The notes beneath the pieces are model-generated. The model saw nothing but the letters and a program-made list of their open reading frames with translations, was not told the origin of the DNA and made no database searches. Positions 61,076 through 64,000 of a DNA stretch of 64,000 nucleotides are shown in pieces. The first letter of the stretch is position 1. The number at the start of each line of letters is the position of its first letter. The DNA is from Chrysomallon squamiferum (Eukaryota; Animalia; Mollusca), in NCBI GenBank assembly GCA_012295275.1, contig CM022669.1:14942001-15006000 (forward strand), written 5' to 3'. Both the position numbers and the translations under genes were made by a program.

Positions 61076-63105
61076 CTAGGTCACCAATACTTCTGAACTC
61101 TGGTACCCACTGGATTCTGATTCTACACATTCTTCAGACGTACTGGTTTTTGAATCGACCACCACAGCCACCTGTGACTCATCTGATTTCACCAATTTCA
61201 CTGTCTCCTCCAGTTCTACGTTTTTTTCTGAAGCTACATTTCCATCACTGGCAACTTCATATGGTGGGTTTGTTTGTGATTCTTCAGTCTTCTCACTGAA
61301 GTATTCAGGATGAAATTTCTCCAGTGCCCACTGTATGGACCATATACACAGAGGTCTCATGTATCCAAGAGATCGGTAATGGCGGCTGGTCATGTAGGCT
61401 TCGGGAGTCTGGAACTGTAAACCCATCCACTCCCAACAGGCATGATATGCTCCCCATGCTGTCTGAAAACCTTCATCTATCAATCCCTAAGTAAAAAAAA
61501 AAAAAGGGAATAAAGATTTAATATGTGTACATAAATATTAATTTCTTTATATTTTTTTATCATTATTAGACTCTCACAAACTCTTCAGAAGTGTCTGAAG
61601 TTAATATACTGAAGATTTTTATTTAAGATTACCAAAAAAAAAAAAAAATAATAATAAAATAAAATAGTAAAATAAAGTAAAGTAAAGTAAAGTAAAGAAA
61701 AATAAAATAAAAATAAGGGTTATAATGTAATTATATTACTGCAAATCTTCAACGACTTTATAAACATTTATCAATTCAGACATAAGACTGTTTCAGTATA
61801 TTTTAATAAACATAACACCTACGTATCTGTAAGTGTAAAGGTATCACATTAAATTCTTATTATTCACTTACAAATGATTATAACTTATTACCTCTTGTAT
61901 CATGCTTGCTGCCACAGCATAAGTAATTCCTACCCAGAATTCCTCAGACTGACAGGAACTGATGTCCTTCCTGCCATCAGGACGTGTTCCATTGATTGCC
62001 CCCATGTTTCCGTTTGCATACAACATCACATTGTTTTCAAATACAGTCTTCAACGCACTCCGCACATTGGCTGGTGGGAAGACCTAACAAACCATAACAA
62101 AGTTAATATTATTATTTTAAATGCCATGAGGAAGAACAACATGGGCTGACAATCAAAGATATGAATTATTAAATTAAACGTAAATCAGGTTATATGTGTA
62201 TATCAGTTTGTTTCAGTACTGAGATATACAAAGTATTATTTAATGTTACTTTCTTGGGATGACTGTTTTCTGATTTCTGACGTATTCCATTTGTTTTATT
62301 GATATTTACATCCTCAACCTTTGCACATATATTCAGTTAAAAATAATAAATTCAAAGCTGAAAAAGGTGAATGATACCAGTCTAACTTACCAGCTTTAAG
62401 TCAGAATAGTCAGAATATATTTTATACACTGTGATTAACACAATAATATAATCCACCTATTATTATTTATTTGCATGTGCAGTCATAAATAACAGATTCA
62501 AGATTCAAAGAAAAAATATTTAAACTTAAATCAAGTCAAGCCCAATATATTGTCATTATGTATTGTACATCTACAATAAGATATCAAATTTTTTTTTTTA
62601 CTGTATCATCTTGAAGACCAGAGGCCTTTAAAAACCACTGTCCAGCCAACTGGTCAGCCATAATACTGTCATGATGGCCATCCTTACTGCAGTCAAAGTT
62701 GTAGTAGCGTCCTACAATATAATACAAAAATTTAAAGAATTAATGTATCAAAATGCAATATTAAACAGTATTATTCATTCACTGAAATAATTTTACAACG
62801 GATGGTCATACCATTCCAAAGTTTCTCCTGAAAAGACGTTTTGCCTCTGTCCAAAACTTCAGCATATTTCTTAGAATCTTCTTCAAACCCAAGAGTGTCA
62901 GCTACTTTTACCATGATCTGTAGAGCAGCTAGCCACATCCCTCCACAATATGAACTGTAAATATCAGTAAACATATTGTCAGTAAACAAACTGAAGATAG
63001 TACACGAAAAAAAGAAAAAAAAGGAAAGAGAATATATTTCTAAGTTATGCTTAAATATTATTTATATATGCTTGAAAAAACAAAAACAAATAAATAAATA
63101 AATAA

Positions 63106-63200
<95 letters not shown>

Positions 63201-64000
63201 ATGTTTATTAATGAAATCAAGCGGAATTTAATTTTAAGAGTATTTAAGCCATAACAGTGATTAGTTATTAAAATGTCAGATAAAACTGATCTTCAGAACT
63301 GAAGAATATTCATACAATTAAGAAAAAACTGACACAAAAATTACAGTTTAATTGTTTTTGTTTTTTTTTAAATCTCTTTCAGTTAAGTAATGTGTTTTTA
63401 CTAAACACAACTTTGAAGTATTGAACTGCTTACCTTGCTCCTTTCATGGTCCAGGCATCATAAGTCTGATCAGCAAATCCGCTGTTGTCAATAACACCAT
63501 CTCCATCTACGTCCCAGGTCAAAGCAGTTTCCATGACAACCTGGGCAGAAAAAGATGCAGAAAAAAATAAATGGGAAGTACACCGAATTTAGGCTGTTTG
63601 CATACATTAGGAAAAGTTCACTTATAATTATCTGTTCTATATGAAAACAAATTTACCTTGATCTTAGGGTACATATGTTTGAGGAACTCCATATTTTGGG
63701 TATGGCTGAAGTCACGATACACCTGTAGAACAAACTTGAGATTCAAGTCTTTCCAGTTACAGGTGGGGTGAATGATGTATGCATTCACTCTCTTCCATGG
63801 TTCATCCTCTGAAAATACAAACCTCAGGAATCGTAACAATGGAATAAGATGAATGATTTAAAATTTCAGTGGTTAAATATGATTCCTGTTTTATAACAAG
63901 TGATAGAGGGAAGCAATCTCAAAAGTTATTCTGATGTTAATGTATAAACAAATTACACAGATATCATGATAGTTTTTTTCTTCTTTTTTTTTACCTGCAA
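61076..64000 (-). CDS. GBA2: Non-lysosomal glucosylceramidase (GH116), 3' exons; gene continues beyond right edge
   Basis: Exons ..63995, 63808-63657, 63540-63434, 62954-62812, 62711-62602, 62083-61892 and 61486-61076 (stop). Translation includes [11 protein letters not shown]...[34 protein letters not shown] (acid/base Asp motif), [44 protein letters not shown] and FQTPEAY...[19 protein letters not shown]. Confidence 0.97.
63088..63201. repeat. (AAAT)n/(AAGT)n microsatellite
   Basis: Directly visible. Confidence 0.9.

Overview
AT-rich, microsatellite-laden, intron-dense animal genomic DNA (probably a mollusc; this is inference only). Four spliced genes can be read directly. (1) The 5' end of misato/MSTO1 on the minus strand, running off the left edge. 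(2) A complete 6-exon PTS (6-pyruvoyl-tetrahydropterin synthase) on the plus strand, head-to-head with MSTO1. (3) A giant minus-strand gene at 55350->7833, which I threaded by hand as 66 GT-AG, phase-consistent coding exons (about 10.08 kb, about 3,358 aa). It encodes a tandem 'double ROCO' protein: low-complexity N-term, Cys-type LRRs, degenerate (pseudo-GTPase) Roc, COR, Cys cluster, SPRY-like, MBT-like, TIR, TIR, unknown domain, LRRs with an inserted EF-hand, intact Roc, COR, TIR, TIR, ROCO C-terminal motifs, CaaX (CSLQ). It has no kinase domain. (4) The 3' part of GBA2 on the minus strand, running off the right edge. Several minisatellites in the giant gene are built from copies of its own splice acceptor, splice donor and stop-codon sequences. 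Most ORFs in the supplied track are microsatellite translations or exon fragments.
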